This document shows positions 1-14,077 of a stretch of 64,000 bases of DNA, one piece after another. The translations under genes were made by a program, and so were the position numbers. The DNA lies in the NCBI RefSeq assembly GCF_036321535.1, contig NC_087437.1, forward strand, positions 43,030,001 to 43,094,000, written 5' to 3'. Numbering within the stretch: position 1 is the stretch's first letter; every line of letters begins with the position of its first letter. The notes beneath the pieces were generated by a model that worked only from the letters and a program-made list of their open reading frames with translations, searched no databases and was not told the origin of the DNA. Source of the DNA: Camelus dromedarius. Taxonomy: Eukaryota.

Positions 1-360
1 CTTCCACTAACTTTTGCTGCAGTGAAAAGCAACTCCAAAATTGCAGTGGCTCATAATAGCAAAGGCTTATTTCTAGTTCACACTGCATATTTATCTCAAG
101 TCATCTGGGAGCTAACTCTGAAACGTGTATTCTCATTCTGGGTCCCAGGCCTATGATCAGCCACCAGAATTTCTGATTTATGTTACAGAGAAAAAGGGAG
201 AGGAGGATGAATTATGCACAGGCTCTTACAGCTTCCACAAGTCATTGGCTGTGACTAGTGACACAGCTCCATTCAAATCGTACCAGGATCAGGAAGTTCA
301 GTCCTGCCATGTTCTCAGGGGGCAGAGGCTGGGAATATTTGGTGAACAATACTAATGATT
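1..360 (-). mobile_element. Old ERVL-MaLR LTR fragment (MLT1-like)
   Basis: Characteristic text tttgctgcagtgaaaagcaactccaaaattgcagtggctcataatagcaaaggcttatttct and a 3' part ggaatatttggtgaacaatactaatgattaca. Confidence 0.6.
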
Positions 361-1010
361 ACAAATTTATTGAAAAACAAGTGTTTACTGTCAGACACTT
401 CCCTTCTCCTAGGCTCAGTTCACAAGTGACAACCACTTCTGTTTCTCTGTGTACCTTTTCTGCATATTTTTAAAGGATGTGTTGATATCTCTTTAAAAGA
501 ATTCTGCTCATACATTGTGTATTGATGTCCTGCTATGAAAGAAGAGTTCAGTTCATTCACCCCATCAACTTTTTCTCTGCTCCCTGCCCCCAACCCTTCC
601 TTCAACTATTTTGCCTTCTTAGGAAGTTAATTGAAGATGCACCATAGTGAAAAGACAGTTTACCAAGAAAGATGAACACAAGGAAAGAGGAGGCTTAACT
701 TAGAAGCACAGCAACGTGCTGTCCCACGATGATAGCTACACTGCTGGCTTAGGGAACAGCGGGACAAACGGTTTTGGGTGAGCGACTCTGGGAATTTGGA
801 GGAGTCTATAAAATATAAAGAATGATGAACAACTTGTACAAAACTGAGAAAACAGTAAAGGCATTTGGTAGAGGATTAAAAAAGAAGTCATTCTAAATGA
901 CACAAAAAGATATTTTCCTTTTTGAAATACAGGGGCTGTTGGACTTATAAGGGATGAAATATAATCATAGGTTGTGACTGACTACGTTTGCAGCATCATT
1001 ATCATAGGAA

Positions 1011-1559
1011 TGTTACCCCAAAAGGTGAAGACCCCAATTCTTGTCAAACCTGAAAGACAGGTTTACAGTTGGGAGATGGTGTGATGTGTAATGAAAAATT
1101 TTAAAAGATTTATTTAAAAAGAAAGGAAAAGTACACCCCAAGAACAGGAGGCAGGCTGATCTACGGGAGGAAAGGCGGCGGTTTTTGTCTCCCCTTTCTC
1201 TTTTTTTCCCTCTCTTAGAGGTGGTCTCTTGATTGATTGATGGTTCTTGCCCCTTGAATGCTTAGTCATGTTTGGCCCCTTTGCACATATCCTTAGCCAT
1301 GGTGTACACAGAAAAACCCATGGAGGGGCCTAAACCACAATGTTAATTATAATGCAGTGAACATGGGTCGTGTCTGGTTAAGTCCTTTCTGCTACCATGC
1401 AGTCGCGGCTGTTGGGTTTTAAACAGTTTTTTTGCTGGCACTCATTTAGAAGAAGTAAAGCCCCTTTATGCTGGAGGCAGGCATACCACCACCTTCAGGA
1501 CCACCCTCCCTTTCCTCCACCTATCTGCCTGGTGCTCCCGCTTACCTAACTACCTAATA
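1011..1559 (-). mobile_element. Solo ERV LTR (ERV1-like), about 550 bp
   Basis: Begins TGTTACC and ends ctaactacctaaTA (degenerate CA). tttatt near 1109 is AATAAA on minus. GC and CpG content are higher than the flanks. Target-site duplication is degenerate. Confidence 0.6.
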
Positions 1560-1839
1560 GTAGTAATAATGACTAGGTTTGAGAATTTGGAACTAATCTA
1601 ACTATGTAAGTATAAAAATAAATTTAAGACTGTCAGAGCTTGGGTAGAGCAAAAGAGAGGATAAGGAGCTGGTGGGAGCATTAATGTCCTTTTTCATTCT
1701 ACAAAACTGAGAGTCAGTGCGTACTGTCTGTGATTCCTGACATTTGAAATGGAGGTTTAGCTGTGCACTTTGAAATGGCAAAGGTATCAGTGAGGGACTG
1801 AAGATAGTGATTTAGTTATATGTGGATTGGAAGATTAAC

Positions 1840-2800
1840 TTCCTGAGAAAGGAAGCAGGAATGGTAAGCTGTCTGATACTTTGCATATTGAAAAATGTCT
1901 TTATACTACCCTCCTATTCAACTGATACTTTCAATTTACAGTATTTTTTTTTTCATTTGTAGTTCATTATTTTGAAAGTTTTGCTCTGCTGGTTTTTATA
2001 CTGTATTATGAGAATCCAATCTGATTCTTGTACTTCTTTGATGACCTATTTTTTTCTCCTTAAAATAATTTGTGATCCTACTCTTGAACTTGGTTAATTT
2101 TTACAAAGATATATCAATATGTGGATTTCTTTTTTCATTCTTTTTTACTAGGTACTTGATGAGCCCTTTCAATTGAAAAGTCGTATCCCTCAGCCCTGAG
2201 AAATTCTCTTTTCATATTTCTTTGATAATTTTTTCCTTACATTTTCCCCTTTATTCTCTCATTCTTGAACTCTGGTTCATCAGAAAATGGACTTCTTTGT
2301 TTGACCTTCTGAATTACGTATTTTCTCTTATTTATTTTATTTTTTCATTTATTTTTACTCTTTCTAGAATATTAGCTTTAATGAGACTTTTATTTCTTCT
2401 ATTGAACTTTTATTTTGGAAATTTTATTTGCCATTTCAAGAGCTCTTGTTCATTTACTGCTCCATTTTTGTTGAAACCACTTCTTGTTTTATGCATACAA
2501 CGTCTTACTATATCTTCTTCCCAGATGCTAATGAAAACATTTTTAAGTCTTATTCTGTTCTCTAAATTTTTTCTGTCTCTTTTGGAGTATTGGCTTTTCC
2601 ATTTGCATAGTTTGGCCATTTTTTTCCACATTGCCTTTTTTCCTTAAGTGCTCATTAATTATTGGTTACCTTTAATGGTTAGAAATTAGATAAGTAAATT
2701 TTCCAAGCAGCTCTGTAGATATGGACAGAATTGATCATTAGTTTTCTCTTTGTGGTGAATAGGGAAGAAGCTAGCCTTTATACTGGGGGACAGTAAATGC
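1840..2800 (-). mobile_element. Ancient HAL1 / L1M ORF1-region remnant
   Basis: T-rich on + with motifs gaaaaatgtctttat and aagagctcttgttc...ttcttgttttatgcatacaacgtctt that are typical of HAL1. Confidence 0.55.
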
Positions 2801-3947
2801 CAGATGCTGAGTTTCCTTATATTTTCTTTAGAGAATCCTCTGTTTTTTGTTTGTTTATTTTATTTTTGACCTGGAGTAGGTGATGGCCTACTGGGTATTT
2901 TGCTGGACCAGGACTTCTATAGAGACTTTCATTTAATCCCCTCCTTTTTGAGTCTCATTCCCCAACTTTAGTGTTATTTGTATAGAGTTGTCCTTTATAT
3001 TTAAATATATTGTTGCTACAGGTGTCAACTATTACTCTGAGTGATTAAAAACACCTGCACATGTCTATTATCCTTTCCATTCTGATAATTATAGAATACA
3101 TCTTTTTGTCTAAATAGTTATAGCTGGTGTTATTTGTCTCTAGAGTTCTGAATATTTCCTTTAACTTCTCAGCCCCATCGTTTTCAGATGACTTGTCTTC
3201 AACTCTCAGTTTGCAGTAGGTGGTCTTGTAGAATGTGCTGAGGAAAACTCAGTATTTACTGCAGCATTTTATCTAGTTCTCTTACTACCCTGGCTTTAGA
3301 CAACTCAGATGAACACATTACCTAGCTTGATTTTGTCCGATCTCTTAGTTCAGTTTGAAATATCCATTATTGTTTTTTTTTTTTTACACTAAAATGTCAG
3401 AAACTATGTCTTTGAAATAGAACTCTTCATCCAGAAAAAAAAAATTGTTGCTTATATAGCTTCCAGCTAATTTCACAACATATGTTTAGATTTTCTACTT
3501 TTGCCTATTAGCATAGCACTTAACAGTGTTCTACAAAGATAGCAAAAACGGATGTACCACTAATGAAATCTGTCACTTGGATGTAGGGCTTCCCTGGCAC
3601 AACTTAGTACAGAACTTTGAGATTCTTCAAGATAATGATTCATTCTTAGCATTATTCTGCCTTTTCAAAGCAGTACATAAACTCCTAATGTATACATATA
3701 AGCATATCCATTAGGATAAAACCAGTTCTTGAATAATTGTCTTAAAGGTTTTTTGATGATTTTGATGGTGTCCAGTGAGTGGAAAGTTCATCAGAAGATA
3801 GCAAGTATATTCTAATATTATCTACTGTTCTGAAACATGACTAAAATGGATTAAATAAAGTCAGATATCATAAGTAAAATTCTTGTAAAAGTAGCCAAAG
3901 AGCCTTGGGTTTCTGAGAATAAGACATCAATAAGACTGATGATGATG

Positions 3948-5250
3948 ATTCACTCATTTATATATGCAATTAAGTGTTTATTGAATTCAAAATCTGTCCT
4001 AGTCACTGCATTAGAAGCTAGAAAGAAAATGGTAGAGAAAATAGATGCAGTCCTTTCCCTCATGAAGCTTAGAGATGAGTAAAGAGAAAACTGTAATACA
4101 AAGTGATAAGTGCAACAAAATATTATTCGTTGTGGGAACATAGATAGATGACTGACAGTAAACCAAGGCTTGGGTAGAGAGATGGAGGTCAGGGAAGTCT
4201 TCGCAGGGGAAATAATATCTTAACTGAAATCTAAATGATGTACAGAAGTTAACCAAGCATATAACAGGTCAAAGGAATGTGTTTTAGAGAAAGAGGATAT
4301 GGAAATTCTAAAGCATAAGTATAATTGAATAACAGAATAACGTTCTGAGTGACTGAAGTATTGTGTTGAATTGGGTGTGAGAGTGGAATAAGGTGGTAAG
4401 TCGTGACAGTGTGCTAAGTCAAAATAAGGACTTTATTATCTTAACATAATAGAAAGCTCTTACTTGATTTTAAGTAGGAAAGTACCATGATTACGTGTGT
4501 GTGTTCATTATTCTGGCTGCTATTGGAGAATGGTCTAGAGAGAAGCATCATGGGAGAGTAGGAAGACAGAGGGCTATGCATTCATTTGTGTACAAGGTTA
4601 AGAAGTGGCAATGAAAACAGAGAAAGTAGATGTCACAGAATTTGTACATTCTAGTAATTTACTGGATATAATAAATGAGGAATAAAGGACTCAGGCTGCA
4701 CCATATTTCTAGCTTGGGCAACTAAGTGTTTTGTTTTTAAGAAAGGAATATGTGGAAAGAATTGGGTTTGGAGAAATCCTTGAGACAAGTTTGAGATATA
4801 TTGAGTTTGAAATACATCCAAATAGAGATATGTAGTAGACAGTTAGAAAAGTAGGTTTAAGAAAAGATTTGACCTAGATACATAGATTTGGAAAATTTCA
4901 GTATATAGATGGCGGATTAAACCATAGAGTTCATGACACAATCCAGAAAGAGACTGCAGAATGAAAAGGGAAAAGGTCCATAATGGAAAACTAAGGACCC
5001 TCAACACTGAATAGTAGGAAACCACAACACCCTAGAGTTGGGAGAAAAACAGCAAGGGAGCATTACAACAGAACCAGGGAGAGAAAATGATGTAGGACGG
5101 AGGAAGAAGGTAATCAAGAATGTGAAATGATACTAACAAGCCAATATATGATAGAGTGCAAGCCAACTGTCAGATTTAGCTACAAGATGGTCATTGATGA
5201 CTCTGCAAAATTTTTTTGTCAAAGATGAACTGAAGCCTCAGAAATAGTGT
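3948..5250 (-). mobile_element. LINE-2 remnant
   Basis: Starts with the reverse complement of an L2 3' tail (ttcactcattt...gtgtttattga), followed by purine-rich L2 body motifs such as ctggctgctattggagaatgg and gatggtcattgatgac. Confidence 0.75.
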
Positions 5251-7689
5251 AAAGGCAGAGATAGAAACAAATGTACTTCCCAGAAGACCTATAACTCTCA
5301 GAAAGTATGTGAGAATTAGCTTTCTTTGAAGCCCTGTCAAGCAAGAGTAGAGATAGATTAAGCTAGGTAGATAAATAGATTGATTTTAAGTAAAATTTGA
5401 TGCTTTCTTACATGGGTAGGAATAAAAGAAAAATGCATATAAATTAGATTTCACTAGATCTCGAACGTCCCTTGTTCTTCCCATGCTATAGTGGTATGAG
5501 TCTGTTATGCTTCCTCTGTCTGGTACTCACTGGTATGATAGACCTGACAGTTGGGTTGTGCTATCAAATCTCTGCATTATTGGTTAACTAACAATGAAAT
5601 GATAACACATGTCCAATATCATTCCTTTATATACACTTTTACTTATGCATATTAATTGAACACTACACAAAAATCTGCAAACAAAAATAATTATTCTGCA
5701 TCTTGGATGGAGAAGAAAATAATTAAGTATCTTACTGAATTCCTTAACAAAATGAGCAATACTCTTTTAAAATACTATTTTAAATTAAGACTTTTTTTTT
5801 TTTTAAAGCAAATAGTACAAAACTCAAAAGGTGTGAAATAGAAGTGTAACTTCTTACATTAAGCCCCTGGCCTACGCCTTGGAGGAAACCATCTTTTCAG
5901 AGCTTTTCCCTGAATCTATAAGGAAGATACGCATTTTAGGGGAGGCTTATCCACTTGGGGGTGCTTGTTAATTGAATTTGGGGCTAGAGTGACTTGCATC
6001 ATTTAGATTGTTCTTGGGTTCTGTTACTGTTTTCTCTTGCAACTGTCTCAATGCGTATCAGCCTGAATCTTCCCACATCTTCCTATTTTCATACCGGAAG
6101 CCACCATTAACTGTCATTTGAGTTCTCTCTCACTCTGAACCACAGTCTTGTAAATCTTTTATTCACTCAACAGGATTATAGCCCATACTTTGAAAGAAGT
6201 ACTTCATTCTAATTAGTTCCACAGGTGCCTTTCTTTTAAAAAGGAAATAGTTTCCACACTGTCTCCAGAAGAATGTTTTTTGGGTCATTATCCCTTTGAT
6301 AAATGAACTCATTGCTGAGCTGGGGTTTCCCTGAAGGGTCTCTGTGATGCACAAAAATGCTGCGTTATAACTTTTGATCCATGATTGCTCTAATTTTCTC
6401 AATTTATCCAATATCATATCCAGATATGCAGTCCCAGATCTCCAATGAACCACGCTGAAACTTCCTTGTTAATTTTATGTACTTATTTTTTTCTCAGGTT
6501 GCTACTAAACATAAGTTCTTCTCTTCATGCTAGGTATTATGTGTCAGCTTTTACAGAATTAGATTGTTTATGGCATTGGTATGTGAATAAAGTATTTACA
6601 GACAATGGATTAGTGGTTTGAATTCTTCCCATGCTATCAGTAATCAAAGGTTGTTAGTACTCTCTTGGGGTCTATATAAAGTGAAGGTGGTCTGATTACC
6701 ATTCCAGACCATCAAGAAGGAGTATGATTTCTATTACAGAGGGCAGGAACAGAAGTCTTGGTAAAGAGACCAGATGTCTCCTTCAAATGGCTTATAAAAA
6801 TAAAACCTGAACATGTTTGATTTTTTTTTCCCAGAAGTTATATCTCTGGAGTAGTGATAAAATATTTCATTCTCTCTTCTCAACAATTTGCCAATGCTAT
6901 AGGAATTTATTAATTTATGAACTTACTCATTTACTGCTTTCTGCAACACTCTAAAGGTCAAAAAGTTCTTTGAGATTGTTTCTGTTTTTCTTGTTCTAAA
7001 CTAACGCCGGCCAAAACAAACATCATTGGCCCTTCACTTAACATCTGCAGCCACCTTATTCCTGATGTTTCACTGCATCTCATGGTTTATCATCTTGTCA
7101 ATTGGTGGCTGTAAATCTGTCCTGATTCTCTAAGATTAATTGCTGGTCAATAGATCAAGGAAGCCTTATGTACAAGTGACCAAGTTGAAGTAGGATAGTA
7201 TATATGTGTGTGTATACATAAGATGATTTTTAAATGCTTTCTATTATATCAGCCAGACTTTAAAATTTTGCATGCCTTAATATAATAAAAAGGTGAAAGA
7301 GAAAGCATTGAGGAAATCAAACTAGAATCTATGCTTGAAAATGAGAATGTGTACATGAGACCAGCACCTAAACTTTCCTTTCTAGATCATGTGATGCTTC
7401 TGAAGTGGTTACAGAAATAATCTAACTTATCTGGAGAACTAATGGTGGTCAGTGAGTTTTAAGACAGTTTTCTGAAGGAGAGTATGGAATATGATTTCCT
7501 TTGGTAGTAAAGACTGGGCTTTGATACTGTTATTGAAGCAATTTTCAATTATTTTTTATTTTATATTAGAATCTAGGACACACACACCGTCACATGTGTA
7601 TATGTGTAAATATATATGTAAATAGATGTGTGTGTGTGTATGATAAGCAGAGACTTCATTTAATTATTCTTACTTTACAATGTGCAGTG

Positions 7690-7816
7690 CCCTCTAATAT
7701 ATTCCATTCTCTCCTATTCTACTGTGTACCATTAAAAAATAACTGATCACGTCCCATTAGATTGATTTCATGCCCGATTAATGGGTCACACACGGCAGTT
7801 TGAAAAACACTGCTCT
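7690..7816. mobile_element. hAT-Charlie-type DNA transposon fragment
   Basis: Ends with gggtcaca...cagtttgaaaaacactgctcta, a typical Charlie/MER terminus. Confidence 0.5.
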
Positions 7817-10394
7817 ATTGTAACTCTGAGAATTGTGAATATACATTTCTATATTATATCCTTCCTATGACAATTGCTAATATTTCAGAAAAAGATTTTG
7901 TCATGAGATATGTTTATGCATTGGGGATTTTTTTTAACCACTAACTGAATTTCTGTTAGACTAAAGGAACCACGTGTTGTGAGTGAGACTTCAAATATAT
8001 TCACTATCATTGTGGATCAAAATAGTCTGTAACTATCCCTCTTTCACACAACTAGATAGTAAATCCAGATAAACTATGTGTTTAAAAGAGTATCAAGATT
8101 TTTCTTTTCACTCATGCTTATCTGTTCTCTGAATAAATGAAAGACTGCTTCCGGAGTATTATTCCAGCATACTTAAAAGCTTTAAATATTCTTCAGCAAA
8201 AGACAGGAAAAATGTTTCAAATCTTGGTTAAGCAAAGTGATTATATAGTATCTTTCATGTTATATATCTATTTTAGTATAGTTTCCGTGAGCCATACAGT
8301 TTTTTTCCTGTTTACTGGTCCATACTTTTGTGTCAATAAAGAAGTTGCTTATCATTTTATACTGAAATTTACTTTCTCCCTGAATGAAAACAATGCTTCC
8401 TCTTTTTTATTAGATTAAATTATTTATAGGAGGGATGCTAAATCATGCAATGATTGTTATAAAAATTGTTTCAGCCAGTTCTTTATGATACTTACATTAC
8501 TGGAGAAGATGACCGTGCATATTTCTGAACCAAATTTAGCCAGCTGACGATGTTAACCCTTAGGACATGGAGGACAAAGCAGTCTTTTGTGAATTATGTC
8601 CATATTTCTTTTGCCTGCAAGTCATCCAACATTGTTCAGTCTACTATAGAAGTCAGTCACACAGTCTCTCCTAAAAGCTAACCCTTCCCAGGGCTGTTAT
8701 TGGTGACATAACCTTATCTTCTACCTCAGTGATTAATTCCACAGGTCACTGGCAGATGATGGTTTCCAAAATGCAGGAGGTGATGAGGAGATTATGAGGA
8801 TCTGTGTCGCTCGAGTTAGACTCTGAAAGCCGAAAGGAGTCTTGAATCCTTTTTTTTGGCTCAGTCAGGATTTGACTTTCAATATCTCAGTCGAACTTAT
8901 CCATTTTGTCTTTCTTGTACAGTATTGCAGTTTGTTGTAAATTTCTTTGGCAATCTTGCAGATTTTTTCCAAGTGAAATGTGAATAAAACTGTATTTAGG
9001 CAATTAAGATGGAGAACATTTTGTTTTTAATAAATACACACAGAGGTTTAAAGCTAATATCAGCATAAATGTCCTCTTCTGCCCTTGTTTGGATATGGGA
9101 TCCAATTATGTCATGTTTTGATAAGTAGCACATTTAGGCACATGTGCATGGTGTCAGGGAAGGATCTTCTGCTTTTGGTATGTCCTCCGTCAGTCTTCAT
9201 AAAGGACTAACGTTCGGGGAAAGCAGGAAGAATAAACTAAAGACAAGCACCTAAATGAGTCAATCATTTAGGTTTAGAATAATGTTAGATTTTTATCTTA
9301 TGTTTTCCTTCAACACATCACACAGAATTTTCAAATAACCTTGGAGTCATTGTATTCATTCTGTGGCCACTTGGTATTAAGTATATTTCTTAAAAATATT
9401 GAAAAAGTATTGGAAGTATTTGATAAATTCTCAAACGGCACTTATAACCTGTAAAGTCGTTGGGAGACCATTATGCTACTACTTGGTAAGGTTAATTTTA
9501 CTAACATAAAGTTTACTGACTCGAACAATAGAACAAAAACTAGGATATCATCATGAAACAGCTTAGACATTGAGAAGTTCTAATTCATTAAAATATGCGC
9601 CACAATTTAGTCACTTGTAGCTGTAGCCTATAAAAAGTATTTTTATTTAAATTTCCTGACATTCTTTCAAATTTTTCTCCCTGCATATGACATCTTGTCT
9701 TTTCTAATCTCAAACGTTTCTATAATCTAATCAGGTTTCTTTACTGCACCATCACTTTATCTGAAAAACTTCATTCTGGTTCTTTCTTCTAATCACCTCC
9801 ACTTTTGTCTCATCCTTGTTTATAACTTTTGCAGCAGAGAAGTCACAGATTGGTTTGGGCTGGAGCTGCAGACATGAGGTGAGGTGATGACTACAGAAAG
9901 TAAAGGAATATCAGTGATGGGCAGTGTAATTTTCAGGTTCTTACCAAAGTTTTTATTAAAAAAAAGAAGTAAAAACTGAAGGAATTGAAATTAAGGATTA
10001 TTATATTTTGGGGGAAAAAAAACCCCACAAAGCTAATGAAGCCAGCTCAGTGGTAACAAACTGAACACAGGAGCTGTTAGTTCTGCTAATGTCTACATTA
10101 TGGACTCATTAAATTGGCTGAATACTCTTTGCCACTTTGTTAATATGTGAGATTTAAATAGCTTAAAGCCTGGAGTAATTTTTTTTTGTGTTTTTAAAAG
10201 TATTGTGTTTGATGTAAATTCTTTTTAATGATCTCTGATCCTAAGAAGGGTTATATTTATGCCCTGAGGATCCACGTTTAAAAAAATCCTTTTGTCTTTT
10301 ACATGTACTTTGGATTTAGTTGATGGAATCAACTAAATTATAATTACTTTCTTCAACAGAAAAGTTTTTATGCATTAATATGAAACCTCTTCCG

Positions 10395-10620
10395 GAGCCA
10401 GGCAGGTTGCATTGTGATCATGGAACCAAAGCCAAACAGCTCCAAATCTCAGCCATTAACTATCCAGGTGACCCCATCCAAGCTATTTCACACCTATGAA
10501 CGTCTGTTTCTTCATTTATATAATGGTCCAATTATACTACTTATTAGAAATCTGTAAGCATGACCAGTGACAGTACTTAGAGGAGGTAGGCAATCAATAA
10601 GTGGTAGTAGCTGTTTTGTT
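10395..10620 (+). mobile_element. MIR SINE
   Basis: tccaaatctcagccatt...gtgacc...tctgtttcttcatttatataatgg resembles the MIR core. Confidence 0.6.
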
Positions 10621-11334
10621 ACTGTTGTTGTTATTAATAAAAGCTCTGTGTATAATTCCTAGGTACTATAATAAATTAGTTGTAATTATAATTTACATAG
10701 TTATATATTATATTGATTCCAATTAACAAATTATAGAAAACTAAGTAAAACAAATATATCCAAAATGATAGGGAATACTCTGGAAGCCAGTTGTAAAAGA
10801 TGATGACTGTTAAACAATGGATAATCTTTTCCATAGAGAAAAGAAAATTACTTGTCCTGCATTGAAATAGTCACTGTGGAAAATTCATGCTGTGACACAT
10901 AAGAAAATTTCTGTAGAATATATGCCTAATACTCTGGATAATAAATTCATTTTCACCTTTGTGAAAACATAGAGAAAGCTTTTTGATGGCAGAAGTGAGA
11001 GCTGGCCATGAGGGAGGAAATCAGATTCTTAATTAACAGGTCAGAAAAGTTACACACAAGTTTTGAGCAATCATTGGCCTATAAATAATCCAAGATAATT
11101 TGAGAGAATATTTTTTCCTAGCTCAAAGCATTCGTGTGTTACATAATAATTATTAGTAATGGAGAACTAATGTAATAGTCTCTAATTTTTCTTTCCAATT
11201 TGAGGGTTTAGTATTAAATAGTATCACTTATTTTTATGTTTATGTGCTATTGTTAATGTTTTGCCTCAGTTACATGTTTGTATAATACAACAGTGTAGAA
11301 AAGCATACTATGATTTCTGCGTAAGAAACTCTAG

Positions 11335-11490
11335 TTAGAACCTGTTATTCAGAATATGTTCTGTGGACTAACAACAAGGAGGCTTGTTCAAAATGCCTTC
11401 TCCCAGGTTCTGCCTCAGAAATACCAAGTCAGATATTGTGTTTTAATAAGATTCCAGGTAATTCAGATTTTGAGAAGCACAGGGTTAGAT
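11335..11490. mobile_element. MER5-type hAT-Charlie MITE
   Basis: gcttgttcaaaatgc...tgtgttttaataagattccaggtaattc...tttgagaagcac. Confidence 0.6.
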
Positions 11491-13563
11491 CCCAAAGTGA
11501 TTCCTGATTTTGGAGGTACTTATATTTCCAAATTATAAAAACTTGGATAATTAGCCTTGCGAATCCAAACTTCCAAAGTGATAGGGATTACCACAGTTAA
11601 CTAGTTCATTAAGGAATCTTAATACAATAAGAACTAATTACACATAGAAATATGTGAAAAGGACATTGTTTCCCGAAGCTGATACCAAATCCAAAGAAAT
11701 GACAAGAGGCTCTAAATATAGGAAGGGCTATCCACTGGAACAGGAATTGAAATTACTCCCTGTAGGTGCGGAGATAATTACTAGGATAGGCGAATAGAAG
11801 ATGCAGGAAAGAGATTTTGATGACTGATAATTGAACTACTCATGTGCATCGCGTTCCCCCACAGGTAGTATCTGTTTATCTCCCTTCCACAAGCAGAGGT
11901 TACCCAGTTATCTGTCAGGAACACTGCTGAGAGGACTTCTTGGGTAAGAGGTTTAAACTGAAAGACCTCAGAAGAATGACCTCAGAGGTGCCTCTCAGTT
12001 CTAAAATTCTAGGATTTGTCCACTCAGGTACTAAAAATGCCTGTGAATAATTGGATATATGTGACAAGTGAAAAGAGAACTATTTGAATGAGCATAAGTA
12101 GTGGTTAGGTTTAACAACTAATAAGAATAATCAGCTACACTGCCTGTGCAGATTTAAGAGGCAAATTACATGTTTAACAAAGCCAGCTAACAGAGGTGCT
12201 TTTAGCTATTTTGTGAAGACTTACAAATTCTCTCATTGAGCCCTCTGCTGGCTGATATGCAGGGTGGCACTGATTTTTATTAGGAAAGGAGATTAAACCT
12301 CCCCTCTGGGCATCATGCTGGTGTTTGAACATGAAAGAGGTGCAGAGAAAGAGCAGGGATCAGTTGATTAAGATGGTTCATGATGGCTGCAACTTGTTTG
12401 GCACTTGGAAATTTATTTTTGATTATCTCTGTAATAGTAATTGATTCAGTTGGTACCATATGGTGACACTAGCAAATAACATCTATTTTTGATATTAAAA
12501 TCAAGTCTATTTTCAAAAAGTATGCCAAAATTTATAATTATATAAAGCTTTAAAAACATTATTAATTAATGGCAGTTTCCTCAACTAAGAATGAAAGATA
12601 ATTCAAAATTACTTTTTTTTTTTGATACATCACTGGGTAACACCAGGGGTCCATGTATTAACAGAGATGTGCATAGTTCACAGATTTGTCACTGAGAATC
12701 TTTGGAGCTGCCCTAGTTCTCTGGTTTTCAACCTTTTCTTTGATTCTTTTTTTTTTTTTTTTTACTATTTTATATTTTTAATAGAAGTATCTTGTAATAA
12801 CCTTTAATGACAAATGATACAAAATTACTTTAAAGCAGAAACAAAACTTTTGTCAATAAGTTTAGAAGCAGGTTTGTTTAAGACTGAATCAACAATGAAG
12901 GTTAATATACTATTGTTTTCAGGATGTAGTGGTAACGTTGAGGGAGAATCCAAGACATGGGGAAAAAAATACCCTGATGTGGAATATTTCCATCATCCCC
13001 AAAAGTCCCTATTGTGCTTTTTTCCAGTCAGTCTCTAACACCTGCACACTCCAGGAAACTACTTTTCTGAACTGAACCACACTTCAGTCATCATGGGTTA
13101 GTATTGCCTGTTCTTGAACTTTAATAAAGATGATTTGTGATTGGCTTCTTTGAGTCTGAAAGATTCATCCAAGTTGTTGACTCTATCATTAGCTTGTTTC
13201 CTTTTAATGATGAATGATATTCCACAATGTATTAGTTCCCCTGATGGTGGGTATGTAGCTTGTTTAAAATTTTTGGCTTATAAATAAAGCTGCTATGCAT
13301 TTTTTATTTCTCTTTTGTAAACAGGGAGTGGAATTCTTCCTCTTATGCTAAATGTGTAACTATAAAAACTTACGGACTGTTTTTCGTAGTAGTTGAACCT
13401 TTCTACATTCCCATTAGCAATGCATGAGAGTTCCAGTTGCTCCACATTCTTGCCAACGCTTTGTATTTTTAGTATTTTAATTTGAAGCCCTTCTAGGGGA
13501 ATATGACAATGTATCTCATTGTATTTTAACTGGCTTTACTCTAATGATGTTGAACACCTTTTT

Positions 13564-13620
13564 TTTTTTTAACATTTTTTATTGATTTATAATCATTTTA
13601 CAATGTTGTGTCAAATTCCA
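13564..13620 (-). mobile_element. Young, extremely 5'-truncated L1 3' tail with poly(A) and 15-bp target-site duplication
   Basis: Exact direct repeat GTTGAACACCTTTTT at 13549-13563 and 13621-13635 flanking T-run + aacattttttattgatttataatcattttacaatgttgtgtcaaattcca. Confidence 0.85.
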
Positions 13621-14027
13621 GTTGAACACCTTTTTGTGTGATAATTAATCATTTCATATGTCTTCTTTAGTAAGTGGTCCGTTCAAACACTTGTCTATTT
13701 TTTATTGCACTGTTTGTCTACGTATTGATGATTGCTAATTCTGGATATAAGTCCTTTATCAGATCAGGAAAAATCCTTGTTATTGTTAGTTTGCTGATAC
13801 ATATTTTTAAATCACAAATGGGTATAGAATTCCATAAAGTTATTTTTCCTCCAACAATTGAGATGCTTACATGATTTTTAACCTATAATTGATGAATTAT
13901 ATTGATTATTCTTGAGTGTTAAGCCTGCCTTGAATTAATGGGAGGCTACATATTGAATCTTTTCTATGTATTCCTGGATTCATTTGCTAATATATTGTTA
14001 AGGACTGTTTTTCCCATTTTCAGAAGA

Positions 14028-14077
14028 TGTGTGTGTGTGTATATATATATATGTGTGTATATATATATATATATATA
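14028..14077. repeat. Compound (TG)n/(TA)n microsatellite
   Basis: tgtgtgtgtgtgt atatatatat atgtgtgtat atatatatat atatata seen directly. Confidence 0.95.

Noticed and set aside
2222..2647. 141-aa hydrophobic ORF
   Set aside because: T-rich antisense strand of a HAL1/L1 remnant, non-ATG start, no family resemblance.
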